A DNA stretch of 57,586 bases from Candidatus Bathyarchaeota archaeon (GTDB lineage Archaea > Thermoproteota > Bathyarchaeia > TCS64): the NCBI GenBank assembly GCA_030613835.1, contig JAUWLH010000001.1, positions 1 to 57,586 on the forward strand, in the 5' to 3' direction. The position numbers and the translations under genes were made by a program. Below the pieces are notes generated by a model, which saw only the letters and a program-made list of their open reading frames with translations, was not told the DNA's origin and made no database searches. Positions 9,100-18,930 of this stretch are shown here, one piece after another (position 1 is the first letter of the stretch; each line of letters opens with the position of its first letter).

Positions 9100-10071
9100 A
9101 TGAAGAAGCAGCTCGTTTTCATAGCTCTCATATTAGCCTCGTTTACGGTTACACCTGTTTATGGAAAACCTGACCTTGTTTTAACTGTGGAACCTGAACC
9201 AGGTTATAACCAGATGTGGGCATTCGAAACCTACATGGTCAAAATAACCTTGACGGGCTTGAATCTTACTGAATACTCAGAGTACGATCTGAGTGGTCAA
9301 GTTATTGCCGACGGTATTGTCAGGTGGCGTGGGACTGGACAATACCCTCACGGTGAGAGTGTTACGGGGTACTCGATAAAATTAGAAAATGAAACGCTGA
9401 GGTTGAATGCGAGCATTGAAGACCCAAGTTTCAACTTCAATCTCACTTTGTCCAAGGATGCATACCTTTACGGGATGTGGCCCTTCGAGAATGTTGAAAT
9501 ATTGTTGAGCTTCGATGTCTTCTTTGAGGAAGACAACGGTACAGGGGCGAAAATTGGCCCTCGGCTTGGGTCAGTCTCTTCTAGGTACATATTGTTGGAT
9601 GATGAAAAGGTGGAGTACCTAGAAGGGAAGATTCTAGAGATGACGGCTGAGGTACATGCCGCGACTGGTGCCCTGGGGCTTCCTGATTTCAACAGGACTA
9701 GGTACGAATCGATGGTTTCAGCTATGAACACGAGCATCAGTTCTGGCAACTATCTTGAAGCCCAGGATCAGTGGGAAAGATGGGACAACAGGGATAGACT
9801 GAGGATGTTGAACGCTTTTTCCAGTCATGTGGACTCACAGGTCGCGGAGCTTGTGGCCCTTGAAGGGGTTGAAACAGAACTAGAGCGTATTCAGGTCGAA
9901 TTTGATCTAATAGAGGACAAGTACATCGCTCTACTCACGAATAACAGGCAGACAATTTCGGAGCTGGAGTCCAGAAAGCAAGAACTCACAACCGCTATCA
10001 CAGGAATCTTCCTCACAGCGATGGTTTTCTTCTTTTTAGGAAGACACATCAATAAGACAGGGGATGAATGA
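9100..10071 (+). CDS. Secreted, C-terminally membrane-anchored protein with a coiled-coil segment. Function unknown.
   Basis: Signal-like N-terminus MKKQLVFIALILASFTV. Many N-x-S/T sequons. C-terminal TM segment ITGIFLTAMVFFFLG. The stop overlaps the nep1 start (ATGA). Confidence 0.6.
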   Translation: MKKQLVFIALILASFTVTPVYGKPDLVLTVEPEPGYNQMWAFETYMVKITLTGLNLTEYSEYDLSGQVIADGIVRWRGTGQYPHGESVTGYSIKLENETLRLNASIEDPSFNFNLTLSKDAYLYGMWPFENVEILLSFDVFFEEDNGTGAKIGPRLGSVSSRYILLDDEKVEYLEGKILEMTAEVHAATGALGLPDFNRTRYESMVSAMNTSISSGNYLEAQDQWERWDNRDRLRMLNAFSSHVDSQVAELVALEGVETELERIQVEFDLIEDKYIALLTNNRQTISELESRKQELTTAITGIFLTAMVFFFLGRHINKTGDE

Positions 10072-10751
10072 TGCTGGACCTTGTCTTTGTAGAGACCTCA
10101 TTGGAGCTGGTGCCTCCCGAGATACTTAGGCATCCCTCAGTCAAGAGGAACGCCAAGAGAAGGGGTAAGCGTGCAGAGGAGACGCTGCTAGATCGGAGCC
10201 TTCACCACTACGCGATGGACAGACTATCTGACGCGGAGAAGAGAGGGAGACCAGATATTCTTCACTTCTGTATGCTAGAGGCCATGGGGTCGCCCCTTAA
10301 CAGGAAAGGTCATCTGAGGTTGTGGGTGAACACCCTTCAAGGATACAATATCGAAGTGGCTCAATCGACGAGACCTCCGAGGGACTGTTTAAGGTTCAAC
10401 AGTTTGATGGAGCAGCTTTTCGTAAACGGGCAGGTGCCCCCTGATTCCAAGGAGCCCCTGATGAAACTCAGCAAAGCTTCTTTAGAGGACCTAGTCAAGC
10501 GTTCTTCACCTAGCAAGGTAATCGCACTATCCAGTCATGGTGAAGAGAGTAACTTCCCCGATGTGGCTAGGATGCTATCCGATGAAGCGAGGCCCATGGT
10601 CTTGATCGGAGCATACCCAAAGGGTCCAATGAAAGACGAGACATTGGATTTGACAGACGAAGTTTATTCAGTCTATCCAGAGTCACTTGAGGCCTGGACC
10701 GTCACGAGCAGAATTTTGTACGAATACGAGAGAACAATAGGATTGATATAA
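10068..10751 (+). CDS. nep1: rRNA small-subunit pseudouridine methyltransferase Nep1/EMG1
   Basis: LDRSLHH...KRGRPDILHFCMLEAMGSPLN is the EMG1/Nep1 signature region. Confidence 0.9.
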   Translation: MMLDLVFVETSLELVPPEILRHPSVKRNAKRRGKRAEETLLDRSLHHYAMDRLSDAEKRGRPDILHFCMLEAMGSPLNRKGHLRLWVNTLQGYNIEVAQSTRPPRDCLRFNSLMEQLFVNGQVPPDSKEPLMKLSKASLEDLVKRSSPSKVIALSSHGEESNFPDVARMLSDEARPMVLIGAYPKGPMKDETLDLTDEVYSVYPESLEAWTVTSRILYEYERTIGLI

Positions 10752-10776
10752 AAAGAAAAAAAAGGTTGAATATCTT

Positions 10777-10938
10777 TTACTTGGCTTTCGGCACTGTGTG
10801 GCTTAGCTTTCCTGCCTTGTAGTATGCGCTGAAACTCTTGGCGCAGGAACTGCATTTATAGCCCTTGGCGTCGAACTGGCCGAACTTCCATTCCTTACCA
10901 GTAGCCTTTGCTTCTCCTCCACAAACTGGACATTTCAT
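10777..10938 (-). CDS. Small zinc-ribbon protein of 53 aa, absent from the supplied ORF track
   Basis: My translation is MKCPVCGGEAKATGKEWKFGQFDAKGYKCSSCAKSFSAYYKAGKLSHTVPKAK. Two CxxC pairs, with ATG start and TAA stop. Confidence 0.55.
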   Translation of the reverse strand: MKCPVCGGEAKATGKEWKFGQFDAKGYKCSSCAKSFSAYYKAGKLSHTVPKAK

Positions 10939-11089
10939 AGTGGATCAGTCTATTTATAGTATATACTCTTTATAAATGTTGGGGAATTGTTCAGAAAAAA
11001 CAAGACAATTACGCCTTTTTCGAATAATTTTCGGCTTCATTTTTTATCCTCACTCCATCTTATATCTCAGGTTTTCCCATCTATTTTCA

Positions 11090-12247
11090 ATGAGCCTTCT
11101 AATTGGCACAAGTGGCTGGAGCTACAAGGAATGGGTTGGCCCGTTCTATGAAAAGAAAACTGGGATGTTTTCTCATTATGCGCTATTTTTCCACACTGCC
11201 GAGATCAACAGCACCTTCTATCGTTACCCATCAGAGGGCATGATACTAGGACTCAGAAGGAACGCGCCCCCTGGCTTCGTTTTCGCCGCGAAGCTACCCA
11301 AGCTGGTGACTCACGACAAGTGGTTGAATCTTGGAGAAGGGGTTGAGGATGATACTTACAGGTTCCTCCAGCTTATGCAACCGCTCGCTGAGCGCCTTGG
11401 CCCTATCCTGATCCAGCTCAGGCCCAAGTTCAATTTTGAGGAGCACGCCGGGGTCCTTGAGGATTACTTAGACATGATTCCTGGTAATTACGAGTGGGCA
11501 GTGGAGTTCAGGAACCTGTCGTGGCTCAGGAACGAGACCTACGATATTCTGAGGAAGCGTAACATCGCTTACACCGTCGTGGACGAGCCGTTGCTTCCCT
11601 CTGATTTGCATATCACGGCAGATTTCGCTTATATCAGGTGGCACGGACATGGCGCGAACTTGTGGTATGATTACGAGTACAAGGAGGATCAACTGGAGAA
11701 ATGGGTGCCCAAGGTGAAGGAGATCACGTCGAAGGTCAGGCGTACCTATGGTTACTTCAATAACCACTTCAACGCGAACGCGGTCAAGAACGCCGTCGAG
11801 ATGCTGGGGCTTCTCGGAGAGGCGACTCCCGAGCAGAAAATAGTGCATGAGAAGATATCCACTTACCGCGAGGAGTCCGCTCGGCCACGAGGGGTACAGC
11901 CCCTGAGTGCTTTCATGGAGAGGGATGAGGAGCTGTCTGTTGCTGATCACCTTATGCATTTCACTGACCCTAGGCGAATTGGCCGAGGCGAGAAGATCAG
12001 CGACGACGAGCTTGGAATAGAGAGGGGCTCTAACGATGTTCTTCAGGCAAAAATCAGGGGTTATTATATCGATATTAATCTCGACAGGAAGGTGATCAAG
12101 CACGACTGCGACGACTGGCGGAAGGGCCGCCAAACGAAGAGGATGTGCAAGCACATGGTCAAGTTCTTCATGAGTCTCCCTCCCGGTCAGGCAAAACGGG
12201 TTCTGGGAAGAATATGGGTAGATCTGGATGGATGGGTTTTCGAGTAG
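11090..12247 (+). CDS. DUF72 (YecE-like) protein with a C-terminal SWIM-type zinc-finger extension
   Basis: IGTSGWSYKEWVGPFY, INSTFYR and YFNNH are DUF72 hallmarks. The C-terminus CDDWRKGRQTKRMCKHM fits the SWIM pattern CxC..CxH. Start taken at the ATG giving MSLLIGTSGW. Confidence 0.8.
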   Translation: MSLLIGTSGWSYKEWVGPFYEKKTGMFSHYALFFHTAEINSTFYRYPSEGMILGLRRNAPPGFVFAAKLPKLVTHDKWLNLGEGVEDDTYRFLQLMQPLAERLGPILIQLRPKFNFEEHAGVLEDYLDMIPGNYEWAVEFRNLSWLRNETYDILRKRNIAYTVVDEPLLPSDLHITADFAYIRWHGHGANLWYDYEYKEDQLEKWVPKVKEITSKVRRTYGYFNNHFNANAVKNAVEMLGLLGEATPEQKIVHEKISTYREESARPRGVQPLSAFMERDEELSVADHLMHFTDPRRIGRGEKISDDELGIERGSNDVLQAKIRGYYIDINLDRKVIKHDCDDWRKGRQTKRMCKHMVKFFMSLPPGQAKRVLGRIWVDLDGWVFE

Positions 12248-13060
12248 TTAATCTACATCGATCCCAGCTGATCCGAGTAGACTCATGACGATCCGTTTGT
12301 GCTTTCCCTTCAAACCCTTGTCAAGGAGCACCTTGTCAATTCCTTGGCTCTTTTCCACCATCTGATGGATGAGGTCCTCGTTTAGGAGCTCGATGGCGTA
12401 CTTTGCCGCCATATGACCCATCGCGTAATCCTGAATGTTCTCGCTGAACTTTGGGCAGTAGTGTCCCCCGCCGAAGCCGATGGCTACGGACGCTTCATCC
12501 TTCGAGTCCATTCCTTTCAGAATGCAGTCCACTAGATACTCTGCGACTTTCTCGTCTCTCCACTGCTCTTCCCTGCTCCCGATCTCCACGAAGAACATAG
12601 GAACATCGAACTCGGTAGGGCTATGATGCGTGGCCTCAAGGCTGACCTGAAATCCTTCAGGGGGAGATTCAAGCATTTTCATGTAAATATTCCTCATGGG
12701 GTTCGGCGCCGTCATCTGAAGCTCCTTGGGGTTTCCACCGTACATCGCCTTGCCAAAGTTTCCAGTTGGATGCGCCGTCAGACTTGGCCTACCACTGGCT
12801 GCCCAGTGCCTACTCGCCACAACTATGTACTCTAATTCGTGTTCGGTTGCGATCCCGGTGTAATCAGCAGGGTATGGCTGAGGTGTTAGGTTCTTGAGAA
12901 ACCGTTCCGCGGGGACGATGAGGCGATCGTTTACGATGATAATCTTGTCGTCTTTGGTGAGAACATTTTTCTCCTTTTCCTTGAAGCCTCTCTCCCTGAA
13001 TATGCCCAGCATGGTCTCTCCCACTGGGTCAGCGAGGCTTAACGTGATTCCTTTTGGCAT
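12248..13060 (-). CDS. dtdA: D-aminoacyl-tRNA deacylase, archaeal type
   Basis: 270 aa. LTAHPTGNFG, EATHHSPTE and GFGGGHYCPKF are typical of the DtdA family. Confidence 0.85.
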   Translation of the reverse strand: MPKGITLSLADPVGETMLGIFRERGFKEKEKNVLTKDDKIIIVNDRLIVPAERFLKNLTPQPYPADYTGIATEHELEYIVVASRHWAASGRPSLTAHPTGNFGKAMYGGNPKELQMTAPNPMRNIYMKMLESPPEGFQVSLEATHHSPTEFDVPMFFVEIGSREEQWRDEKVAEYLVDCILKGMDSKDEASVAIGFGGGHYCPKFSENIQDYAMGHMAAKYAIELLNEDLIHQMVEKSQGIDKVLLDKGLKGKHKRIVMSLLGSAGIDVD

Positions 13061-13201
13061 CCTTGCACCTGTTCAGAGTTTAGGTACCGAATTACTGTAT
13101 ATTGTTAGTGGTGCAGACGTTAAATAAACATAAAAAAGTGTCATTAAGAATAGCAATAATCACATAATTAATCGGGGGCATGAATAATGTGCAGATCAGA
13201 T

Positions 13202-13621
13202 ATGTCAAATGAATCTTCACTCCGTATTCTTGTTGTTGAGGATGAGTCTAATCTGAGAGCATTATTTAGGGATACCCTAGAGTTCTTGGGCTATGAGGTT
13301 ATCATCTGCAGCAATGCCGAGAACGCGATCAGGTTAGCGTACGAGCTTCATCCAAGTCTAGTGTTCACCGATGTTGTTATATCCGGCATAAGCGGCTTCA
13401 AGCTCTGCAGATTACTAAAGACCGATAAGAAAACTAAGGATATCTTCGTGGTGATGGTCTCTGCGTTGAGCCGTGAGGTTGATTTCGAGATGAGCATTCA
13501 GGTAGGAGCTGATGACTATCTCACGAAGCCAGTTAGATTAGAGAGCATCAAACAGGTGCTTAGGAACACTATCAGTCCCTTTATGAAGACTGCGAATTGG
13601 GCGATGAGGATAGGAGCCTAG
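13202..13621 (+). CDS. Stand-alone response-regulator receiver (CheY-like)
   Basis: ILVVEDE, LVFTDVVISGISG (phospho-acceptor Asp), VVMVSA and DYLTKP. Confidence 0.85.
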   Translation: MSNESSLRILVVEDESNLRALFRDTLEFLGYEVIICSNAENAIRLAYELHPSLVFTDVVISGISGFKLCRLLKTDKKTKDIFVVMVSALSREVDFEMSIQVGADDYLTKPVRLESIKQVLRNTISPFMKTANWAMRIGA

Positions 13622-14463
13622 AGCTTTTTCGAGCCTACGACCCTGAGATTTCCGCAGTTCAGGTAAAGCATAGTTGCCTTCTCACCGTCCCTGAATGCTA
13701 GCGGCTTCTGAATACTAACCCTAACTGTTCCTTCCGCGCTTTCCTCAACGGTTCCCGCGATGAACTGCATATCCTTGCATATGTGGATGGACATGCCTTT
13801 CTCTACTGGCTTTGTCCAGTACTTCACCAACTCCAATTTTCCCTTGATCAGGGCGGTCTGTTTGACCGACGCGTCGTTGGACAGTAAAGTCCCCCTGTCC
13901 AGTTCGCTAGACCCAATGTTTTTGAGCGCCAATCCGACCCTGTTTCCAGTCTCCGCTGTATCGAATTCGGTGTCGTGCCTCTGGATGGACATTATCTGGG
14001 CTATCTTGTCTGTCGGGTGCGCCCTGAGCTTGTCATGCCTATGTATCTGTCCCCATCGGACTACTCCCAGGGCGACAGCCCCGATATCTTTGACGTTGAA
14101 ATAGTGGTCGATCACCACGCCACCTGTTGGTGAATCCTCCCCTTTGACCAACCCCTCTGCCTTACCCATGATGAGCTCCCGTAACATGAGTAGGTTCTCT
14201 TCCATCAACTCGTACTCCTCTACGACTGTCCCGGCGATGAATCTGCCTAGCTGTTCCTCTGTAATGTAGTTTTTGGGGATGATGATCCCCTCCTTCTTCC
14301 CGATGCAATCAAGCATCAGGACCGTTTCACCGAACGATGCGTTGATCTCGTCCACGACCAATATGATGAAATCACCGAAGCCAACTGCGTAGAGGAGTCT
14401 CTGTATCTTTTCTGGGTACTTTGAAGCCTCGATTATGGTGACCATGGTCTCGCCTTTCTTCAT
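13618..14463 (-). CDS. EF-Tu/SelB-like protein with a degenerate G domain. The ORF as listed is N-terminally truncated (see finding).
   Basis: EF-Tu domain-2-like segment GGVVIDHYFNVKDIGAVALGVVRWGQI. In-frame homologous N-terminal sequence continues upstream to 14556 across a TAA at 14512-14514. Confidence 0.7.
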   Translation of the reverse strand: MKKGETMVTIIEASKYPEKIQRLLYAVGFGDFIILVVDEINASFGETVLMLDCIGKKEGIIIPKNYITEEQLGRFIAGTVVEEYELMEENLLMLRELIMGKAEGLVKGEDSPTGGVVIDHYFNVKDIGAVALGVVRWGQIHRHDKLRAHPTDKIAQIMSIQRHDTEFDTAETGNRVGLALKNIGSSELDRGTLLSNDASVKQTALIKGKLELVKYWTKPVEKGMSIHICKDMQFIAGTVEESAEGTVRVSIQKPLAFRDGEKATMLYLNCGNLRVVGSKKL

Positions 14464-14710
14464 ATTGTAGAGGGTTATATCGGACTCGGTGCCCTTCTTC
14501 CCGAGCTCTCTTTAGTATCTAGGACATCCCAGAACGGCGATGTTGAGGTTGGTCATGACGTGGAGCATCCGAGGTTCTGGGATATACACCTTTCTATTTT
14601 GCTGGTGCTTGGAAACACTGGACCTTATTCTTATAATCATGAGGAATTGAATTATTCCTGTAAAATCGGAATACATTTAATTTGTGTTCAGCATAACAAA
14701 GCGGTAACCC

Positions 14711-15823
14711 ATGTACAGTTCTGATATCGGAAGTATGCCCTCAAGGATAGAGACTGATATTATCCGCAGTGGTGCACGGAAGGCGAACAGCCTGCTCCCG
14801 TTCCTAGGCGTGAGTAACGAGGATTACGTGGATTTCGAGGAGGCGGTGGTTTCCTCTTTCATCGATAAGCTCAAGGTGGGCGTCGATGTCCCTAACTATC
14901 CCCAGTTCAGGGACATGAACGAGATGTTTTTCGAGCTCATGGACGGTATCGAGAGGATCGATGGGGCGTTACACGCGGTGAACGGCATCAGGGCGAAACC
15001 GAGGGCGGCCATTCCCGAGACTGAGGCTCTCAGGCGGGAGGCTAGGAAGATTAAGTCCTCCTCGGGACGAGACCGTGTTTGCATCAAGGTATGCGTTACA
15101 GGGCCGTACACACTGGCCAGTTTCTTCCAGTTCAAGACTCCGGGGCTCTACTTGGAGCTGGCCGAGGCGCTCGCGGATATCCTGGAGGCGTCCCTGTTCA
15201 GGAATGGGAGCGCAGAGATCTCCCATCTGAGCATGGACGAGCCCGTGCTGGGGTTCATGAATGATCCACTTCTCGATTACGGCTCTGATGGGCGTGAGGC
15301 ATTGAGGAAGGCATGGGATAAGGTTCTGTACGTCGCCAAGTCCCATGGTGTTGATACCAGTATGCACCTCCATGACACCTCTGAGAACTTGTTTTGGGAT
15401 GCCGAGAACCTGGATGTTGTCGCCAGCCACGTCGGTGACCCTCTTTACTCCCAGGAGTCCGTGAAGAAGCGGCTTGAGGAGACCGATAAGCGTCTCTGGG
15501 TGGCTATCGGGATCACTCAGTTCGATACATTGATAGAGAATTTTTACGTGGCTCAGGGGTTCACCGGGAATATCCCAGAGAAGATCGGAGAAGTATGGAC
15601 GGGAATGCGGAAAGCAACGATCGATCCGTACATCTTCCTTGAGGACACTGGGCTCATGAGGAAGAGGCTTGACGTGGTCTCCGAGTTCTTCGGGAGGGAC
15701 CGATTAGCCTATGTCTCGCCCGAGTGTGGCTTGGGGAGCTTCCCCGAGTACGAGGTGGCGATTGAGTGTCTTTGGCGGACCTCAAGCGTGGTGGCGGGCT
15801 TTAACTCGTGCAACGATGGATAG
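14711..15823 (+). CDS. Cobalamin-independent methionine synthase (MetE C-terminal domain)-like protein
   Basis: 370 aa. It has the general MetE/URO-D-like layout, including YVSPECGLG near the C-terminus (Zn-ligand region). Confidence 0.65.
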   Translation: MYSSDIGSMPSRIETDIIRSGARKANSLLPFLGVSNEDYVDFEEAVVSSFIDKLKVGVDVPNYPQFRDMNEMFFELMDGIERIDGALHAVNGIRAKPRAAIPETEALRREARKIKSSSGRDRVCIKVCVTGPYTLASFFQFKTPGLYLELAEALADILEASLFRNGSAEISHLSMDEPVLGFMNDPLLDYGSDGREALRKAWDKVLYVAKSHGVDTSMHLHDTSENLFWDAENLDVVASHVGDPLYSQESVKKRLEETDKRLWVAIGITQFDTLIENFYVAQGFTGNIPEKIGEVWTGMRKATIDPYIFLEDTGLMRKRLDVVSEFFGRDRLAYVSPECGLGSFPEYEVAIECLWRTSSVVAGFNSCNDG

Positions 15824-15867
15824 GGTTTATACCTGACCTCCTTTGGTATCTGTACTAGTGCTTTAAT

Positions 15868-16074
15868 ATGGGCAAGATAAGCAAGGGTACGAAATGTAGC
15901 GTCAACGGCTGCGATGAGGACGCCGTTCGTTCCATTGATATCGGGAAGGTTAAAGAGGCGGGGCTGGACGCGGAGGGTGCGAAGAGGGCGTACCTGTGCA
16001 AGGCACACTATAAGGATTACAAAAAGGGGAGCAAAAAGAGCTCCCAGATAGAGCGCTGGCGCCACTCTGGTTAA
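15868..16074 (+). CDS. Small basic Cys/His-containing protein, function unknown
   Basis: 68 aa with CSVNGC...CKAH and a lysine-rich tail. I recognise no family. Confidence 0.45.
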   Translation: MGKISKGTKCSVNGCDEDAVRSIDIGKVKEAGLDAEGAKRAYLCKAHYKDYKKGSKKSSQIERWRHSG

Positions 16075-16086
16075 GATATGTGGGTT

Positions 16087-17538
16087 TTAGCCCACGAACT
16101 TTGGCCTGTCTTGCAGGTAGATGGGTAGCGGGACTGGTTTGTATGGTTTTCCAGTGGTCTCTGCATGGATTTTCTCCTGTAGCTCTAGGACGCTTAACTG
16201 GTCTGGTTTCTTCTGTCCCCTGACGCGTACTCCATACCTTTCTACGTCTGCCTCCTTCTCGCCGACGACGATGATGTAGGGGATCCACTCCTTCTCGGCC
16301 TCCCTGATCTTCTTGCCGACGGTCTCGTCCCTGTTGTCGATGTCGACGCGGACTCTGCTGAACTGTCCCATGATCCTGTCTGCTAGCTCCACGTAATCGC
16401 TACTGACGGGGATAATCCTCGTCTGTGTGGGGGCTAGCCACAGTGGCAGGCTTGGCTTGATGCCTTTCTTCATGTCGAAGGCTGCCTTCTCTAGGAGCGC
16501 GTAGATGTCGCGCTCGATGGCCCCGCTTGGGCTGCAATGGAGTATGTAGGGGTGCTTTTGTACTCCGTCCTCGTCCATGTACTTTATGTCGTAGCGTTCA
16601 CCGTTCTCGACGTCGATCTGGTCGGTGGCCAGGGCGGATGCCTTGTCTAGGTTATCCACGAAGTTCATGTCCCATTTTATCATGTAGTAGAACGAGCGCT
16701 CGTCCCACAGTTCGATGAGCGCTGGTTTGCCGTGTGACTTGACCAGTTCCTTCACTAGACCCATGTTCTCTTCCCAGAAGTCCTTGACCATCCTGACAGC
16801 TAGCTCGTAATCGGATTTTTCGAGTCCGATTCCTTCGAGGACGTCCTGGCTAAGCTTGAACCTTTTCTTGTACTCCTCCTTTGCCTGGTCCATGTCCTTG
16901 CAGAAGGCGTGGACATCTGGCATTGTGAATGCCCTGAGCCTTCTGAGGCCTGTTAGCTCGCCCCGTTGCTCCCTCCTGAAGCTGTACCTAGTCATCTCGT
17001 AGATTTTCATGGGCAGGTTCCTGTAGCTGATGGTGGCGTCGTGGCTCATGAGGAACTGGCCGAAGCATGCGGCGAACCTCATGAAGTACTTGGTGTCGTC
17101 TGACTCTATTGTGTACTGCCTGGCGGGGAACCTGTTGAGGTAGCGCTTGAGTGTGGGGTGCTCCATGCTGTACATGAGTGGGGTCTCTACCTCCATCCCT
17201 CCGTACTGTTGGACCATACTGGTGACGTACTCTTCCAGTAGGGCTTTAATCATCCTGCCCTTGGGGTAGTACCTGAAGTTCCCTGGGTCGGACGCCGGCT
17301 CGTAGTCCACCAGCTCCAGGCTTCTCATGAGCCCTATGTGTGGTGACGCGCGAGTGACTGTTCTGTCCTTCTCATACTCGTATCCGCTGAACTTGCGGAG
17401 GTTGTCGTGGCCCTTGAAGTCGAACTCGTCGAACTCCCAGAGCTTTCCGTCGGTGTCTAGTATGTGCCAGTAGCTTCGTAGCTTCTCTTCAGCTTTGAGG
17501 GCTTCTGACACTACTTCCTCTCTATTTTTCTCGCTCAT
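16087..17538 (-). CDS. thrS: Threonyl-tRNA synthetase: catalytic plus anticodon-binding domains, with no N-terminal editing domain
   Basis: Class II motif 2-like [29 protein letters not shown]-terminal anticodon-binding-like VIPVS...[26 protein letters not shown]. Only 483 aa. Confidence 0.85.
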   Translation of the reverse strand: MSEKNREEVVSEALKAEEKLRSYWHILDTDGKLWEFDEFDFKGHDNLRKFSGYEYEKDRTVTRASPHIGLMRSLELVDYEPASDPGNFRYYPKGRMIKALLEEYVTSMVQQYGGMEVETPLMYSMEHPTLKRYLNRFPARQYTIESDDTKYFMRFAACFGQFLMSHDATISYRNLPMKIYEMTRYSFRREQRGELTGLRRLRAFTMPDVHAFCKDMDQAKEEYKKRFKLSQDVLEGIGLEKSDYELAVRMVKDFWEENMGLVKELVKSHGKPALIELWDERSFYYMIKWDMNFVDNLDKASALATDQIDVENGERYDIKYMDEDGVQKHPYILHCSPSGAIERDIYALLEKAAFDMKKGIKPSLPLWLAPTQTRIIPVSSDYVELADRIMGQFSRVRVDIDNRDETVGKKIREAEKEWIPYIIVVGEKEADVERYGVRVRGQKKPDQLSVLELQEKIHAETTGKPYKPVPLPIYLQDRPKFVG

Positions 17539-17720
17539 TGGTTATTCACTTCCAGGGAAAATGGGTTCGGTCCATTACCGTCGCTGGGTCTGTTACATAC
17601 GGCGGAGTTGCAGCTAATAGAATCGTTTCGGGCCTTTCGGCCTAAGCTGTTTGGCGGGACATCACCGCGTTCTCCTCTCACACCCAGAATGTGATCGCCC
17701 ACTTATATTTTATTATGGTT

Positions 17721-18389
17721 TTACCTGTCCACGAGTTGGGCTTTTTTTATGTTGTACCTGCCGCTGACGCCGTCCCACGTCCTCTCGGCCTCGTGGATCT
17801 CGATGCGTCTGGTGAACCAGGGGGCGTCTACCACTAGGCTCTCGTACTCACCGCCCTCGCCGCACATGTCGACACCGAACCTGTCGTTGAGGTTCCTGAG
17901 CTTTGTGATCCTCTCGGGGGTTAATGGCTCCCCGAGCCAGCTCTGGTCCAGTCCGTGGGCTGCAACGGCTGAGAATATGATCTGCATTCCGCTGGACAGC
18001 ATCTCGTGGAGCAGCTGCTCCCTGTCCCTTGCCCAGAGGGGGGAGAGGTGGGTCAGGCCCAGTTCATGGCAGAGCCTGTTGACCCTGTCTGCCTGGTACT
18101 TGCTGGCGATGGCCCCGGTGATGACGCCGTCGATGTCGAGCGTGGAGAGGGTCTCCTTGAGGTCATCCAGTTCATTCTCCTTTTCTCCCTCGGTCTTGGC
18201 TTCCACGTAGGGGATTCCCCATGCCTCGGCCTGGAGCCTTGTGACGTCGATGTTTACGGTGTGGAACATGTAGCTGTTTGGATTCTCCGGTTTCATGGAG
18301 ACCATGTATGATAGCTGGTGTTCCCGCTGCATGAGGTGGGCGGCGTAGACGCTGTCTTTCCCGCCGCTGAGAAGTGAGGCCAGGCGCAT
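17721..18389 (-). CDS. dph6: Diphthine-ammonia ligase (Dph6-like PP-loop ATPase, MJ0570 family)
   Basis: LLSGGKDS PP-loop, SYMFHT, and GAIASKYQADRVNRLCHELGL...PLW. Confidence 0.85.
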   Translation of the reverse strand: MRLASLLSGGKDSVYAAHLMQREHQLSYMVSMKPENPNSYMFHTVNIDVTRLQAEAWGIPYVEAKTEGEKENELDDLKETLSTLDIDGVITGAIASKYQADRVNRLCHELGLTHLSPLWARDREQLLHEMLSSGMQIIFSAVAAHGLDQSWLGEPLTPERITKLRNLNDRFGVDMCGEGGEYESLVVDAPWFTRRIEIHEAERTWDGVSGRYNIKKAQLVDR

Positions 18390-18930
18390 GAGGGGTATCC
18401 GTCGGCTTCACTGATATTGTTTCTTGTGCCGACCTGGTTGAGATATCGAGAAAAAGCCCTTGATCGCTTTTCTCCCCTTTTAGCCCTTACATACACGCTT
18501 TTGTCACTTTTCGAAAATAGGCTGTTTTATGGATTCTTTTATTGAAACGGGGCTGGGTTCTCGTTTGTGAGTGTACCTCCCATCCCCTTTTTGACTTTTT
18601 TTTCTGGTGCATGGAATCTTGGAAAAAGTGTGTGATTTCTTGTGTCAAGTAGCATGCAATAACGGGAAAAAATTTCTTTGAGAAGTGGGGTTGATGTCTT
18701 CCTTCGCAGGATTCGTTCAACCCCTGGGTGGTCCAATTGATCCCTGAACCACCCAGTACAGTCCCCTTATGCGCCAAGATAAACGTTCTTCATGGATTGG
18801 ATCGAGTAAACTGCGTCGTAAGGAAAGTGCGCGCGTGTGGAGTCCCCACCCCCGCATTTAACCTTCCAACTCATGAGAAATTAATAGGGATTATACATCA
18901 ATAGTTACATTGTAGTAACCTACTATAAGG

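Noticed and set aside
18487-18777. 96-aa and 65-aa minus-strand ORFs in the dph6-to-cyclodeaminase gap
   Set aside because: Their composition is implausible, they have no motifs, and they span the hairpin and T-tract elements. The region is better explained as non-coding.
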